Assembly: GCA_964016885.1 (NCBI GenBank)
Contig: OZ024742.1
Coordinates: forward strand, 344,844,001-344,908,000
From: Eledone cirrhosa
Taxonomy: Eukaryota
DNA length: 64,000 nucleotides
Reading direction: 5' to 3'
The translations under genes and the position numbers were made by a program. A model generated the notes under the pieces. The model did not search any database. It saw nothing but the letters and a program-made list of their open reading frames with translations, and was not told where the DNA came from. This document shows, piece by piece, positions 13,801 through 27,800 of this stretch. How positions within the stretch are numbered: the stretch's first letter is position 1; each line of letters begins with the position of its first letter.

Positions 13801-16285
13801 ACATGGTATACTTGTTAAACTGTTAGTAGACTTCCAGGAAGATAGGGAACCCTGGTATACTTGTTAATACTGTTAGTAGACTTCCAGGAAGTTAGGGAAC
13901 TATGGTATACTTGTTAATAGTGTTAGTAGACTTCCAGGAAGTTGGGGAACCATGGTATACTTGTTAATACTGTTAGTAGACTTCCAGGAATTTGGGGAAC
14001 CCTGGTATACTTGTTAATACTGTTCGTAGACTTCCAGGAAGCTAGGGAAACCTGGTATACTTGTTAATACTGTTAGTAGAATTCCAGGAATCTTGGGAAC
14101 CCTGGTATACTTGTTAATACTGTTAGTAGATTTCCAGGAAGCTAGGGAACCCTGGTATACTTGTTAATACTGTTAGTAGACTTCCAGGAAGCTAGGGAAC
14201 CCTGGTATACGTGTTAATACTGTTAGTAAACTTTCAGGAAGCTAGGGAACCCTGGTATACTTGTTAATACTGTTAGTAGACTTCCAGGAAGGTAGGGAAC
14301 CCTGGTATACTTGTTAATACTGTTAGTAGACTTCCAGGAAGTTAGGGAACCCTGGTATACTTGTTAATTCTGTTAGTAGACTTCCAAGAAAGTAGGGACC
14401 CCTGGTATACTTGTTAATACTGTTAGTAGAATTCCAGGAACCTTGGGAACCCTGGTATACTTGTTAATACTGTTAGTAGATTTCCAGGAAGCTAGGGAAC
14501 CGTGGTATACTTGTTAATACTGTTAGTAGACTTCCAGGAAGGTAGGGAACCCTGGTATACATGTTAATTCTGTTAGTAGACTTTCAGGAAGGTAGGGAAC
14601 CATGGTATACTTGTTAATACTGTTAGTAGACTTCCAGGAAGCTAGGAAACCCTGGTAAACTTGTTAATACTGTTAGTAGATTTCCAGGATCTTAGGGAAC
14701 CCTGGTATACTTGTTAATACTGTTAGTAGACTTCCAGGAAGTAAGGGAACCCTGGCATACTTGTTAATACTGTTAGTAGAATTCCAGGAACCTTGGGAAC
14801 CCTGGTATACTTGTTAATACTGTTAGTAGATTTCCAGGAAGCTAGGGAACCGTGGTATACTTGTTAATACTGTTAGTAGACTTCCAGGAAGGTAGGGAAC
14901 CCTGGTATACTTGTTAATACTGTTAGTAGACTTCCAGGAAGTTAGGGAACCCTGGTATACTTGTTAATACTGTTAGTAGACTTCCAGGAATCTAGGGAAC
15001 CCTGGTATACTTGTTAATACTGTTAGTAGATTTCCAGGAAGTTAGGGAACCATGGTATACTTGTTAATACTGTTAGTAGACTTTCAGGACGCTAGGGAAA
15101 CATGGTATACTTGTTAAACTGTTAGTAGACTTCCAGGAAGATAAGGAACCCTGGTATACATGTTAATAATGTTAGTAGACTTCCAGGAAGTTAGAGAACT
15201 ATGGTATACTTGTTAATAGTGTTAGTAGAATTCCAGGAAGTTGGGGAACCATGGTATACTTGTTAATACTGTTAGTAGACTTCCAGGAATTTGGGGAACC
15301 CTGGTATACTTGTTAATACTGTTCGTAGACTTCCAGGAAGTTAGGGAACCCTGGTATACTTGTTAATACTGTTAGTAGAATTCCAGGAATCTTGGGAACC
15401 CTGGTATACTTGTTAATACTGTTAGTCGATTTCCAGGAAGCTAGTGAACCCTGGTATACTTGTCAATACTGTTAGTAGACTTCCAGGAAGCTAGGGAACC
15501 CTGGTATACTTGTTAATACTGTTAGTAAACTTTCAGGAAGCTAGGGAACCCTGGTATACTTGTTAATACTGTTAGTAGACTTCCAGGAAGGTAGGGAACA
15601 CTGGTATACTTGTTAATACTGTTAGTAGACTTCCAGGAAGGTAGGGAACCCTGGTATACTTGTTAATACTGTTAGTAGACTTCCAGGAAGGTAGGGAACA
15701 CTGGTATACTTGTTAATACTGTTAGTAGACTTCCAGGAAGTTAGGGAACCCTGGTATAATTGTTAATACTGTTAGTAGACTTCCAGGAAGCTGGGGAACC
15801 CTGGTATACTTGTTAAAACTGTTAGTAGACTTCCAAGAAAGTAGGGACCCCTGGTATACTTGTCAATACTGTTTGTAGAGTTCCAAGAAGTTAGGGAACC
15901 CTGGTATACTTGTTAATTCTGTTAGTAGACTTTCAGGAAGGTAGGGAACCATGGTATACATGTTAATACTGTTAGTAGACTTCCAGGAAGCTGGGAAACC
16001 CTGGTAAACTTGTTAATACTGTTAGTAGATTTCCAGGATGTTAGGGAACCCTGGTATACTTGTTAATACTGTTAGTAGACTTCCAGGAAGTAAGGGAACC
16101 CTGGCATACTTGTTAATACTGTTAGGTAGAATTCCAGGAACCTTGGGAACCCTGGTATACTTGTTAATACTGTTAGTAGATTTCCAGGAAGCTAGGGAAC
16201 CGTGGTATACTTGTTAATACTGTTAGTAGACTTCCAGGAAGCTAGGGAACCCTGGTATACTTGTTAATACTGTTAGTAGACTTCC
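10820..16285. repeat. Tandem duplication of a 54-monomer unit (2699 bp)
   Basis: AAGGTTCGG is at 10941 and 13640, and the 1-bp insertion variant TGTTAGGTAG is at 13421 and 16120. Both offsets are 2699. Confidence 0.92.
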
Positions 16286-19200
16286 ATGAAGGTAGGGAAC
16301 CCTGGTATACTTGTTAATACTGTTAGTAGACTTTCAGGAAGGTAGGGAACCATAGTATACTTGTTAATACTGTTAGTAGACTTTCAGGAAGCTAGGGAAC
16401 CCTGGTATACTTGTTAATACTGTTAGTAGACTTCCAGGAAGTTAAGAAAACCTGGTATACTTGTTAATACTGTTAGTAGACTTCCAGGAAGGTAGGGAAC
16501 CCTGGTATACTTGTTAATACTGTTAGTTGACTTCCAGGAAGCTAGGGAACCCTGGTATACTTGTTAATACTGTTAGTAGACATCCAGGAAGTTAGGGAAC
16601 CCTGGTATACTTGTTAATACAGTTAGTAGACTTCCAGGAAGTTAGGAAACCCTGGTATACTTGTTAATTCTGTTAGTAGACTTTCAGGAAGGTAGGGAAC
16701 CATGGTATACTTGTTAATACTGTTAGTAGACATGCAGGAAGCTAAGGAACCCTGGTATACTTGTTAATACTGTTAGTAGACTTCCAGGAATCTTGGGAAC
16801 CCTGGTATACTTGTTAATACTGTTAGTAGATTTCCAGGAAGCTAGGTAACCCTGGTATACTTGTTAATACTGTTAGTAGACTTCCAGGAAGCTAGGGAAC
16901 CCTGGTATACTTGTTAATACTGTTAGTAAACTTTCAGGAAGCTAGGGAACCCTGGTATACTTGTTAATACTGTTAGTAGACTTCCAGGAAGGTAGGGAAC
17001 CCTGGTATACTTGTTAATACTGTTAGTAGACTTCCAGGAAGGTAGGGAACCCTGGTATACTGGTTAATACTTTTAGTAGACTTCCAGGAAGCTGGGGAAA
17101 CCTGGTATACTTGTTAATACTGTTAGTAGACTTCCAGGAAGTTAGGGAACCCTCGTATACTTGTTAATACTGTTAGTAGATTTCCAGAAAGTTATGCAAC
17201 CATGGTATACTTGTTAATATTGTTAGTAGACTTTCAGGAAGCTAGAGAACCCTGGTATACTTGTTAATACTGTTAGTAGACTTTCAGGAAGCTAGGGAAC
17301 CCTGGTATACTTCTTAATACTGTTAGTAGACTTCCAGGAAAGTAGGGAACCCTGGTATACTTGTTAATACTTTTAGTAGACTTCCAGGAAGGTAGGAACC
17401 CTGGTATACTTGTTAATACTGTTAGTAGATTTCCAGGAAGTTAGGGAACCCTGGTATACTTGTTAATACAGTTAGTAGAATTCCAGGAAGCTAGGGAACC
17501 CTGGTATACTTGTAAATACTGTTAGTAAACTTTCAGGAAGCTAGGGAACCCTGGTATACTTGTTAATACTGTTAGTAGACTTCCAGGAAGGTAGGGAACC
17601 CTGGTATACTTGTTAATACTGTTAGTAGACTTCCCGGGAGGTAGGGAACCCTGGTATACTTGTTAATACTGTTAGTAAACTTCCAGGAAGTTAGGGAACC
17701 CTGGTATACTTGTTAATACTGTTAGTAGACTTCCAGGAATCTAGGGAACCCTGGTATACTTGTTAATACTGTTAGTAGATTTCCAGGAAGTTAGGGAACC
17801 ATGATATACTTGTTCATAATGTTAGTAGACTTTCAGGACGCTAGGGAAACATGGTATACTTATTAAACTGTTAATAGACTTCCAGGAAGATAGGGAACCC
17901 TGGTATACTTGTTAATAATGTTAGTAGACTTCCAGGAAGTTAGGGAACTATGGTATACTTGTTAATAGTGTTAGTAGACTTCCAGGAAGTTGGGGAACCA
18001 TAGCATACTTGTTAATACTGTTAGTAGACTTCCAGGAATTTGGGGAACCCTGGTATACTTGTTAATACTGTTCGTAGACTTCCAGGAAGTTAGGGAACCC
18101 TGGTATACTTGTTAATACTGTTAGTAGAATTCCAGGAATCTTGGGAACCCTGGTATACTTGTTAATACTGTTAGTAGATTTCCAGGAAGCTAGTGAACCC
18201 TGGTATACTTGTTAATACTGTTAGTTGACTTCCAGGAAGCTAGGGAACCCTGGTATACTTGTTAATACTGTTAGTAAACTTTCAGGAAGCTAGGGAACCC
18301 TGGTATACTTGTTAATACTGTTAGTATACTTCCAGGAAGGTAGGGAACCCTGGTATACTTGTTAATACTGTTAGTAGACTTCCAGGAAGGTAGGGAACCC
18401 TGGTATACTTGTTAATACTGTTAGTAGACATCCAGGAATCTAGGGAACCCTGGTATTCTTGTTAATACTGTTAGTAGATTTCCAGGAAGTTAGGGAACCA
18501 TGGTATACTTGTTAATACTGCTAGTTGACTTTCAGGACGCTAGGGAAACATGGTATACTTGTTAAACTGTTAGTCAACTTCCAGGAAGATAGGGAACCAT
18601 GGTATACTTGTTAATACTGTTAGTAGACTTCCATGAAGGTAGGGAACCCTGGTATACTTGTTAATACTGTTAGTAGACTTTCAGGAAGGTAGGGAACCAT
18701 AGTATACTTGTTAATACTGTTAGTAGACTTTCAGGAAGCTAGGGAACCCTGGTATACTTGTTAATACTGTTAGTAGACTTCCAGGAAGTTAAGAAAACCT
18801 GGTATACTTGTTAATACTGTTAGTAGACTTCCAGGAAGGTAGGGAACCCTGGTATACTTGTTAATACTGTTAGTTGACTTCCAGGAAGCTAGGGAACCCT
18901 GGTATACTTGTTAATACTGTTAGTAGACATCCAGGAAGTTAGGGAACCCTGGTATACTTGTTAATACAGTTAGTAGACTTCCAGGAAGTTAGGAAACCCT
19001 GGTATACTTGTTAATTCTGTTAGTAGACTTTCAGGAAGGTAGGGAACCATGGTATACTTGTTAATACTGTTAGTAGACATCCAGGAAGCTAAGGAACCCT
19101 GGTATACTTGTTAATACTGTTAGTAGACTTCCAGGAAGTTAGAGAACCCTGGTATACTTGTTAATACTGTTATTAGAATTCCAGGAAGGTAGGGAACCAT

Positions 19201-20340
19201 GGTATACTTGTTAATACTGTTAGTAGATTTCCAGGAAGCTAGGTAACACTGGTATACTTGTTAATACTGTTAGTAGACTTCCAGGAAGCTAGGGAACCCT
19301 GGTATACTTGTTAATACTGTTAGTAAACTTTCAGGAAGCTAGGGAACCCTGGTATACTTGTTAATACTGTTACTAGACTTCCAGGAAGGTAGGGAACCCT
19401 GGTATACTTGTTAATACTGTTAGTAGACTTCCAGGAAGGTAGGGAACCCTGGTATACTGGTTAATACTTTTAGTAGACTTCCAGGAAGCTGGGGAAACCT
19501 GGTATACTTGTTAATACTGTTAGTAGACTTCCAGGAAGTTAGGGAACCCTCGTATACTTGTTAATACTGTTAGTAGATTTCCAGAAAGTTATGCAACCAT
19601 GGTATACTTGTTAATATTGTTAGTAGACTTTCAGGAAGCTAGAGAACCCTGGTATACTTGTTAATACTGTTAGTAGACTTTCAGGAAGCTAGGGAACCCT
19701 GGTATACTTCTTAATACTGTTAGTAGACTTCCAGGAAAGTAGGGAACCCTGGTATACTTGTTAATACTTTTAGTAGACTTCCAGGAAGGTAGGAACCCTG
19801 GTATACTTGTTAATACTGTTAGTAGATTTCCAGGAAGTTAGGGAACCCTGGTATACTTGTTAATACAGTTAGTAGAATTCCAGGAAGCTAGGGAACCCTG
19901 GTATACTTGTAAATACTGTTAGTAAACTTTCAGGAAGCTAGGGAACCCTGGTATACTTGTTAATACTGTTAGTAGACTTCCAGGAAGGTATGGAACCCTG
20001 GTATACTTGTTAATACTGTTAGTAGACTTCCCGGGAGGTAGGGAACCCTGGTATACTTGTTAATACTGTTAGTAAACTTCCAGGAAGTTAGGGAACCCTG
20101 GTATACTTGTTAATACTGTTAGTAGACTTCCAGGAATCTAGGGAACCCTGGTATACTTGTTAATACTGTTAGTAGATTTCCAGGAAGTTAGGGAACCATG
20201 ATATACTTGTTCATAATGTTAGTAGACTTTCAGGACGCTAGGGAAACATGGTATACTTATTAAACTGTTAATAGACTTCCAGGAAGATAGGGAACCCTGG
20301 TATACTTGTTAATAATGTTAGTACACTTCCAGGAAGTTAG
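16270..20340. repeat. Tandem duplication of a 47/48-monomer unit (2347/2397 bp), second unit truncated
   Basis: CTTCCATGAA is at 16281 and 18628 (offset 2347) and CCCGGG is at 17633 and 20030 (offset 2397). One monomer is missing near 16790. Confidence 0.9.
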
Positions 20341-23300
20341 GGAACCATGGTATACTTGTTAATATTGTTAATAGACTTTCAGGAAGCTAGGGAACCCTGG
20401 TATACTTGTTAATACTGTTAGTAGACTTTCAGGAAGCTAGGGAACCCTGGTATACTTCTTAATACTGTTAGTAGATTTCCAGGAAGTTAGGGAACCCTGG
20501 TATACATGTTAATACTGTTAGTAGAGTTCCAAGAAGTTAGGGAACCCTGGTATACTTGTTAATACTGTTAGTAGAATTCCAGGAATCTTGGGAACCCTTG
20601 TATACTTGTTAATACTGTTGGTAGATTTCCAGGAAGCTAGGGTACCCTTGTATAATTTTTAATACTGTTAGTAGACTTCCAGGAAGTTAGGGAACCCGTG
20701 TATACTTGCTAATACTGTTAGTAGATCTCCAGGAAGTTGGGGAGCCCTGGTATACATGTTATTACTGTTACTAGACTTTCAGGAAGGTAGGGAACCCTGG
20801 TATACTTGTTAATACTGTTAGTAGACTTTCGGGAAGTTAGGGAGCCCTGGTATACTTGTTAATACTGCTAGTAGACTTCCAGGAAGGTAGGGAACAATGG
20901 TATACTTATTAATACTGCTAGTAGACTTTCAGGAAGCTAGGGAACCCTGGTATACTTGTTAATAATGTTAGTAGACTTCCAGGAAGCTGGGGAACCCTGG
21001 TATACTTGTTAATACTGTTAGTAGACTTCCAGGAAAGTAGGGAACCCTGGTATACATGTTAATACTGTTAGTAGACTTCCAGGAAGGTAGGGAACCATGG
21101 TATACTTGTTAATACTGTTAGTAGACTTTCAGGAAGTTAGGGAACCCTGGTATACTTGTTAATACTGTTAGTAGACTTCCAGGAAGATGGGGATCCCTGG
21201 TATACTTGTTAATATTGATAGTAGACTTCCAGGAAGTTAGGGAGCCCTGGTATACTTGTTAATATTGTTAGTAGACTTCCAGGAAGCTAGGGAACCCTGG
21301 TATACATGTTAATACTGTTAGTAGACTTTCAGGAAGCTAGGGAACACGGGTAAATTTGTTAATACTGTTAGTAGACTTCCAGGAAGTTAGGGAACCCTGG
21401 TATACATGTTAATACTGTTAGTAGAGTTCCAAGAAGTTTGGGAACCCTGGTATACTTGTTAATTCTGTTAGTAGACTTTCAGGAACGTAGGGAACCATGG
21501 TATACTTGTTAATACTGTTAGTAGACTTTCAGGAAGCTAGGGAACCCTGGTATACTTGTTAATACTCTTAGTAGACTTCCACGAAGTTAGGGAACCCTGG
21601 TATACTTGTTAATACTGTTAGTAGATTTCCAGGAAGTTAGGGAACCATGGTATACTTGTTAATATTGTTAGTAGACTTTCAGGAAGCTAGGGAACCCTGG
21701 TATACTTGTTAATACTGTTAGTAGACTTTCAGGAAGCTAGGAAACCCTGGTATACATCTTAATACTGTTAGTAGATTTCCAGGAAGTTAGGGAACCCTGC
21801 TATACATGTTAATACTGTTAGTAGAGTTCCAAGAAGTTAGGGAACCCTGGTATACTTGTTAATTCTGTTAGTAGACTTTCAGGAAGGTAAGGAACCATGC
21901 TATACTTGTTAATACTGTTAGTAGACTTCCAGGAAGCTAGCAAACCCTGGTAAACTTGTCAATACTGTTAGTAGATTTCCAGGACGTTAGGGAACCCTGG
22001 TATACTTGTTAATACTGATAGTAGACTTCCAGAAAGTTAGGGAACCCTGGTATACTTGTTAATACTGTTAGTAGAAATCCAGGAATCTTGGGAACCCTGG
22101 TATACTTGTTAATACTGTTAGTAGATTTCCAGGAAGTTAGGGAACCCTGGTATAGTTGTTAATAATGTTAGTAGATCTCCAGGAAGTTGGGGAGACGTGG
22201 TATACTTGTTAATACTGTTACTAGACTTTCAGGAAGGTAGGGAACCCTGGTATACTTGTTAATACTGTTAGTAGAATTTCAGGAAGTTAGGGAGCCTTGG
22301 TATACTTGTTAATACTGTTAGTAGACTTCCAGGAAGGTAGGGAACAATGGTATACTTATTAATAATGTTAGTAGACTTTCAGGAAGTTAGGAAACCCTGG
22401 TATACATGTTAATACTGTTAGTAGAGTTCCAAGAAGTTAGGGAACCCTGGTATACTTGTTAATTCTGTTAGTAGACTTTCAGGAAGGTAGGGAACCATGG
22501 TATACTTGTTAATAATGTTAGTAGACTTCCAGGAAGCTGGGAAACCCTGGTAAACTTGTTAATACTGTTAGTAGATTTCCAGGATGTTAGGGAACCCTGG
22601 TATACTTGTTAATACTGATAGTAGACTTCCAGGAAGTTAGGGAACCCTGGTATACGTGTTAATACTGTTAGTAGAATTCCAGGAATCTTGGGAACCCTGG
22701 TATACTTGTTAATACTGTTAGTAGATTTCCAGGAAGTTAGGGAACCCTGGTATACTTGTTAATACTGTTAGTAGATCTCCAGGAAGTTGGGGAGTCCTGG
22801 TATACTTGTTAATACTGTTACTAGACTTTCAGGAAGGTACGGAACCCTGGTATACTTGTTAATACTGTTAGTAGACTTTCAGGAAGTTAGGGAGCCCTGG
22901 TATACTTGTTAATACTGTTAGTAGACTTCCAGGAAGGTAGGGAACAATGGTATACTTATTAATAATGTTAGTAGACTTTCAGGAAGCTAGGGAACCCTGG
23001 TGTACTTGTTAATAATGTTAGTAGACTTCCAGGAAGCTGGGGAAAACTGGTATACTTGTTAATACTGTTAGTAGACTACCAGGAAAGTAGGGAACCCTGG
23101 TATACTTGTTAATACTGTTAGTAGACTTCCAGGAAGGTAGGGAACCATGGTATCCTTGGTAATACTGTTTGTAGACTTTCAGGAAGTTAGGGAACCCTGG
23201 TATACTTGTTACTACTGTTAGTAGACTTCCAGGAAGATGGGGATCCCTGGTATACTTGTTAATACTGATAGTAGACTTCCAGGAAGTTAGGGAGCCCTGG

Positions 23301-24879
23301 TATACTTGTTAATATTGTTAGTAGACTTCCAGGAAGCTAGGGAACCCTGGTATACTTGTTAATACTGTTAGTAGACTTCCAGGAAGTTAGGGAACCCTGG
23401 TATACTTGTTAATACTGTTGGTAGATTTCCAGGAAGTTAGGGAACTATGGTATACTTGTTACTATTGTTAGTAGACTTTCAGGAAGCTATGGATCCCTGG
23501 TATACTTGTTAATACTGTTAGTAGACTTCCAGGAAGGTAGGGAACCCTGGTATACTTGTTAATACTGTTAGTAGACTTCCAGGAAGTTAGGGAACCCTGG
23601 TATACTTGTTAATACTGTTAGTAGACATCCAGGAAGTTAGGGAACCCTGGTATACTTGTTAATACAGTTAGTTGACTTCCAGGAAGTTAGGGAACCCTGC
23701 TATACTTGTTAATAGTGTTAGTAGACTTTCAGGAAGGTAGGGAACCATGGTATACTTGTTAATACTGTTAGTAGAATTCCAGGAATCTTGGAAACCCTGG
23801 TATACTTGTTAATACTGTTAGTAGATTTCCAGGAAGCTAGGGAACCCTGGTATACATGTTAATACTGTTAGTAGACTTCCAGGAAGCTAGGGAACCCTGG
23901 TATACTTGTTAATACTGTTAGTAGACTTTCAGGAAGGTAGGGAACCATGGTATACTTGTTAATATTGTTAGTAGACTTTCAGGAAGCTAGGGAACCCTGG
24001 TATACTTGTTAATACTGTTAGTAGACTTCCAGGAAGTTAGGAAAACCTGGTATACTTGTTAATACTGTTAGTAGACTTCCAGGAAGGTAAGTAACTCTGG
24101 TATACTTGTTAATACTGTTAGTTGTCTTCCAGGAAGTTAGGGAGCCCTGGTATACTTGTTAATACTGTTAGTAGACTTCCAGGAAGGTAGGGAACAATGG
24201 TATACTTGTTAATACTGTTAGTAGACTTCCAGGAAGGTAGGGAACCATGGTATACTTGGTAATACTGTTAGTAGACTTTCAGGAAGTTAGGGAACCCTGG
24301 TATACTTGTTACTACAGTTAGTAGACTTCCAGGAAGATGGGGATCCCTGGTATACTTGTTAATACTGATAGTAGGCTTCCAGGAAATTAGGGAGCCCTGG
24401 TATACTTGTTAATATTGTTAGTAGACTTCCAGGAAGTTAGGGAACCCTGGTATACTTGTTAATACTGTTAATAGATTTCCAGGAAGTTAGGGAACTATTG
24501 TATACTTGTTAGTATTGTTAGGAGACTTTCAGGAAGCTAGGGAACCCTGGTATACTTGTTAATACTGTTAGTAGACTTTCAGGAAGCTAGGGAACACGGG
24601 TAAATTTGTCAATACTGTTAGTAGACTTCCAGGAAGTTAGGGAACCCTGGAATACATGTTAATACTGTTAGTAGAGTTCCAAGAAGTTTGGGAACCCTGG
24701 TATACTTGTTAATTCTGTTAGTAGACTTTCAGGAAGTTAAGGAACCATGGTATACTTGTTAATACTGGTAGTAGACTTTCAGGAAGCTATGGAACCCTGG
24801 TATACTTGTTAATACTGTTAGTAGACTTCCACGAAGTTAGGGAACCCTGGTATACTTGTTAATACTGTTAGTAGATTTC

Positions 24880-27800
24880 CAGGAAGTTAGGGAACCATGG
24901 TATACTTGTTAATATTGTTAGTAGACTTTCAGGAAGCTAGGGAACCCTGGTATACTTGTTAATACTGTTAGTAGACTTTCAGGAAGGTAGGGAACCCTGG
25001 TATACTTCTTAATACTGTTAGTAGATTTCCAGGAATTTAGGGAACCCTGGTATACATGTTAATACTCTTAGTAGAGTTCCAAGAAGTTAGGGAACCCTGG
25101 TATACTTGTTAATTCTGTTAGTAGATTTCCAGGATGTTAGGGAACCCTGGTATACTTGTTAATACTGATAGTAGACTTCCAGGAAGTTAGGGAACCCTGG
25201 TATACTTGTTAATACTGTTAGTAGAATTCCAGTAATCTTGGGAACCCTGGTATACTTGTTAATACTGTTAGTAGATTTCCAGGAAGCTAGGGAACCCTTG
25301 TATAATTTTTAGTACTGTTAGTAGACTTCCAGGAAGTTAGGGAACCCGTGTATACTTGCTAATACTGTTAGTAGATGTCCAGGAAGTTGGGGAGCCCTGG
25401 TATACATGTTATTACTGTTACTAGATTTTCAGGAAGGTAGGGAACCCTGGAATACTTGTTAATACTGTTAGTAGACTTTCAGGAAGTTAGGGAGCCCTGG
25501 TATACTTGTTAATACTGTTAGTAGACTTCCAGGAAGGTAGGGAACAATGGTATACTTATTAATACTGTTAGTAGACTTTCAGGAAGCTAGGGAACCCTGG
25601 TATACTTGTTAATAATGTTAGTAGACTTCCAGGAAGCTGGGGAACCCTGGTATACTTGTTAATACTTTTAGTAGACTTCCAGGAAAGTAGGGAACCCTGG
25701 TATACTTGTTAATACTGTTAGTAGACTTCCAGGAAGTAGGGAACCATGGTATACTTGTTAATACTGTTAGTAGACTTTCAGGAAGTTAGGGAACCCTGGT
25801 ATACTTGTTAATACTGTTAGTAGACTTCCAGTAAGATGGGGATCCCTGGTATACTTGTTAATATTGATAGTAGACTTCCAGGAAGTTGGGGAGCCCTGGT
25901 ATACTTGTTAATATTGTTAGTAGACTTCCAGGAAGCTAGGGAACCCTGGTATACATGTTAATACTGTTAGTAGACTTCCAGGAATTTAGGGAACCCTGGT
26001 ATACTTGTTAATACTGTTAGTAGATTTCCAGGAAGTTAGGGAACTATGGTATACTTGTTACTATTGTTAGTAGACTTTCAGGAAGCTAGGGAACCCTGGT
26101 ATACTTGTTAATACTGTTAGTAGACTTTCAAGAAGCTAGGGAACCCTGGTATACTTGTTAATACTGTTAGTAGACTTTCAGGAAGTTAGGGAGCCCTGGA
26201 ATACTTGTTAATACTGTTAGTAGACTTCCAGGAAGTTAGGGAACACTGGTATACATGTTAATACTGTTAGTAGATCTCCAGGAAGTTGGGGAGCCCTGGT
26301 ATACTTGTTAATACTGTTACTAGACTTTCAGGAAGGTAGGGAACAATGGTATACTTATTAATACTGTTAGTAGTCTTTCAGGAAGCTAGGGAACCCTGGT
26401 ATACTAGTTAATAATGTTAGTAGACTTCCAGGAAGCTGGGGAACCCTGGTATACTTGTTAATACTGTTAGTAGACTTCCAGGAAAGTAGGGAACCCTGGT
26501 ATACTTGTTAATACTGTTAGTAGACTTCCAGGAAGGTAGGGAACCATGGTATACTTGTTAATATTGTTAGTAGACTTTCAGGAAGCTAGGGAACACGGGT
26601 AAATTTGTTAATACTGTTAGTAGACTTCCAGGAAGTTAGGGAACCCTGGTATACATGTTAATATTGTTAGTAGAGTTCCAAGAAGTTTGGGAACCCTGGT
26701 ATACTTTTTAATTCTGTTAGTAGACGTTCAGGAAGGTAGGGAACCATGGTATACTTGTTAATACTGTTAGTAGACTTTCAGGAAGCTAGGGAACCCTGGT
26801 ATACTTGTTAATACTGTTAGTAGACTTCCACGAAGTTAGGGAACCCTGGTATACATATTAATACTTTTAGTAGATTTCCAGGAAGTTAGGAAACCATGGT
26901 ATACTTGTTAATATTGTTAGTAGACTTTCAGGAAGCTAGGGAACCCTGGTATACTTGTTAATACTGTTAGTAGACTTTCAGGAAGCTAGGGAACCCTGGT
27001 ATACTCCTTAATACTGTGAGTAGATTTCCAGGAAGTTAGGAAACCCTGGTATACATGTTAATACTGTTAGTAGAGTTCCAAGTAGTTAGGGAACCCTGGT
27101 ATACTTGTTAATTCTGTTAGTAGACATTCAGGAAGGTAGGGAACCATGGTATACTTGTTAATAGTGTTAGTAGACTTCCAGGAAGCTGGGAAACCCTGGT
27201 AAACTTGTTAATACTGTTAGTAGATTTCCAGGATGTTAGGGAACCCTGGTATACTTGTTAATACTGATAGTAGACTTCCAGGAAGTTAGGGAACCCTGGT
27301 ATACATGTTAATACTGTTAGTAGAATTCCAGGAATCTTGGGAACCCTGGTATACTTGTTAATACTGTTAGTAGATTTCCAGGAAGTTAGGGAACCCTGGT
27401 ATACTTGTTAATACTGTTAGTAGATCTCCAGGAAGATGGGGAGCCCTGGTATACTTGTTAATACTGTTACTAGACTTTCAGAAAGGTAGGGAACCCTGGT
27501 ATACTTGTTAATACTGTTAGTAGACTTTCAGGAAGTTAGGGAGCCCTGGTAAACTTGTTAATACTGTTAGTAGACTTCCAGTAAGGTAGGGAACAATGGT
27601 ATACTTATTAATACTGTTAGTAGACTTTCAGGAAGCTAGGGAACCCTGGTATACTTGTTAATAATGTTAGTAGACTTCCAGGAAGCTGGGGAACCCTGGT
27701 ATACTTGTTAATACTGTTAGTAGACTTCCAGGAAAGTAGGGAACCCTGGTATACTTGTTAATACTGTTAGTAGACTTCCAGGAAGTTAGGGAGCCCTGGT

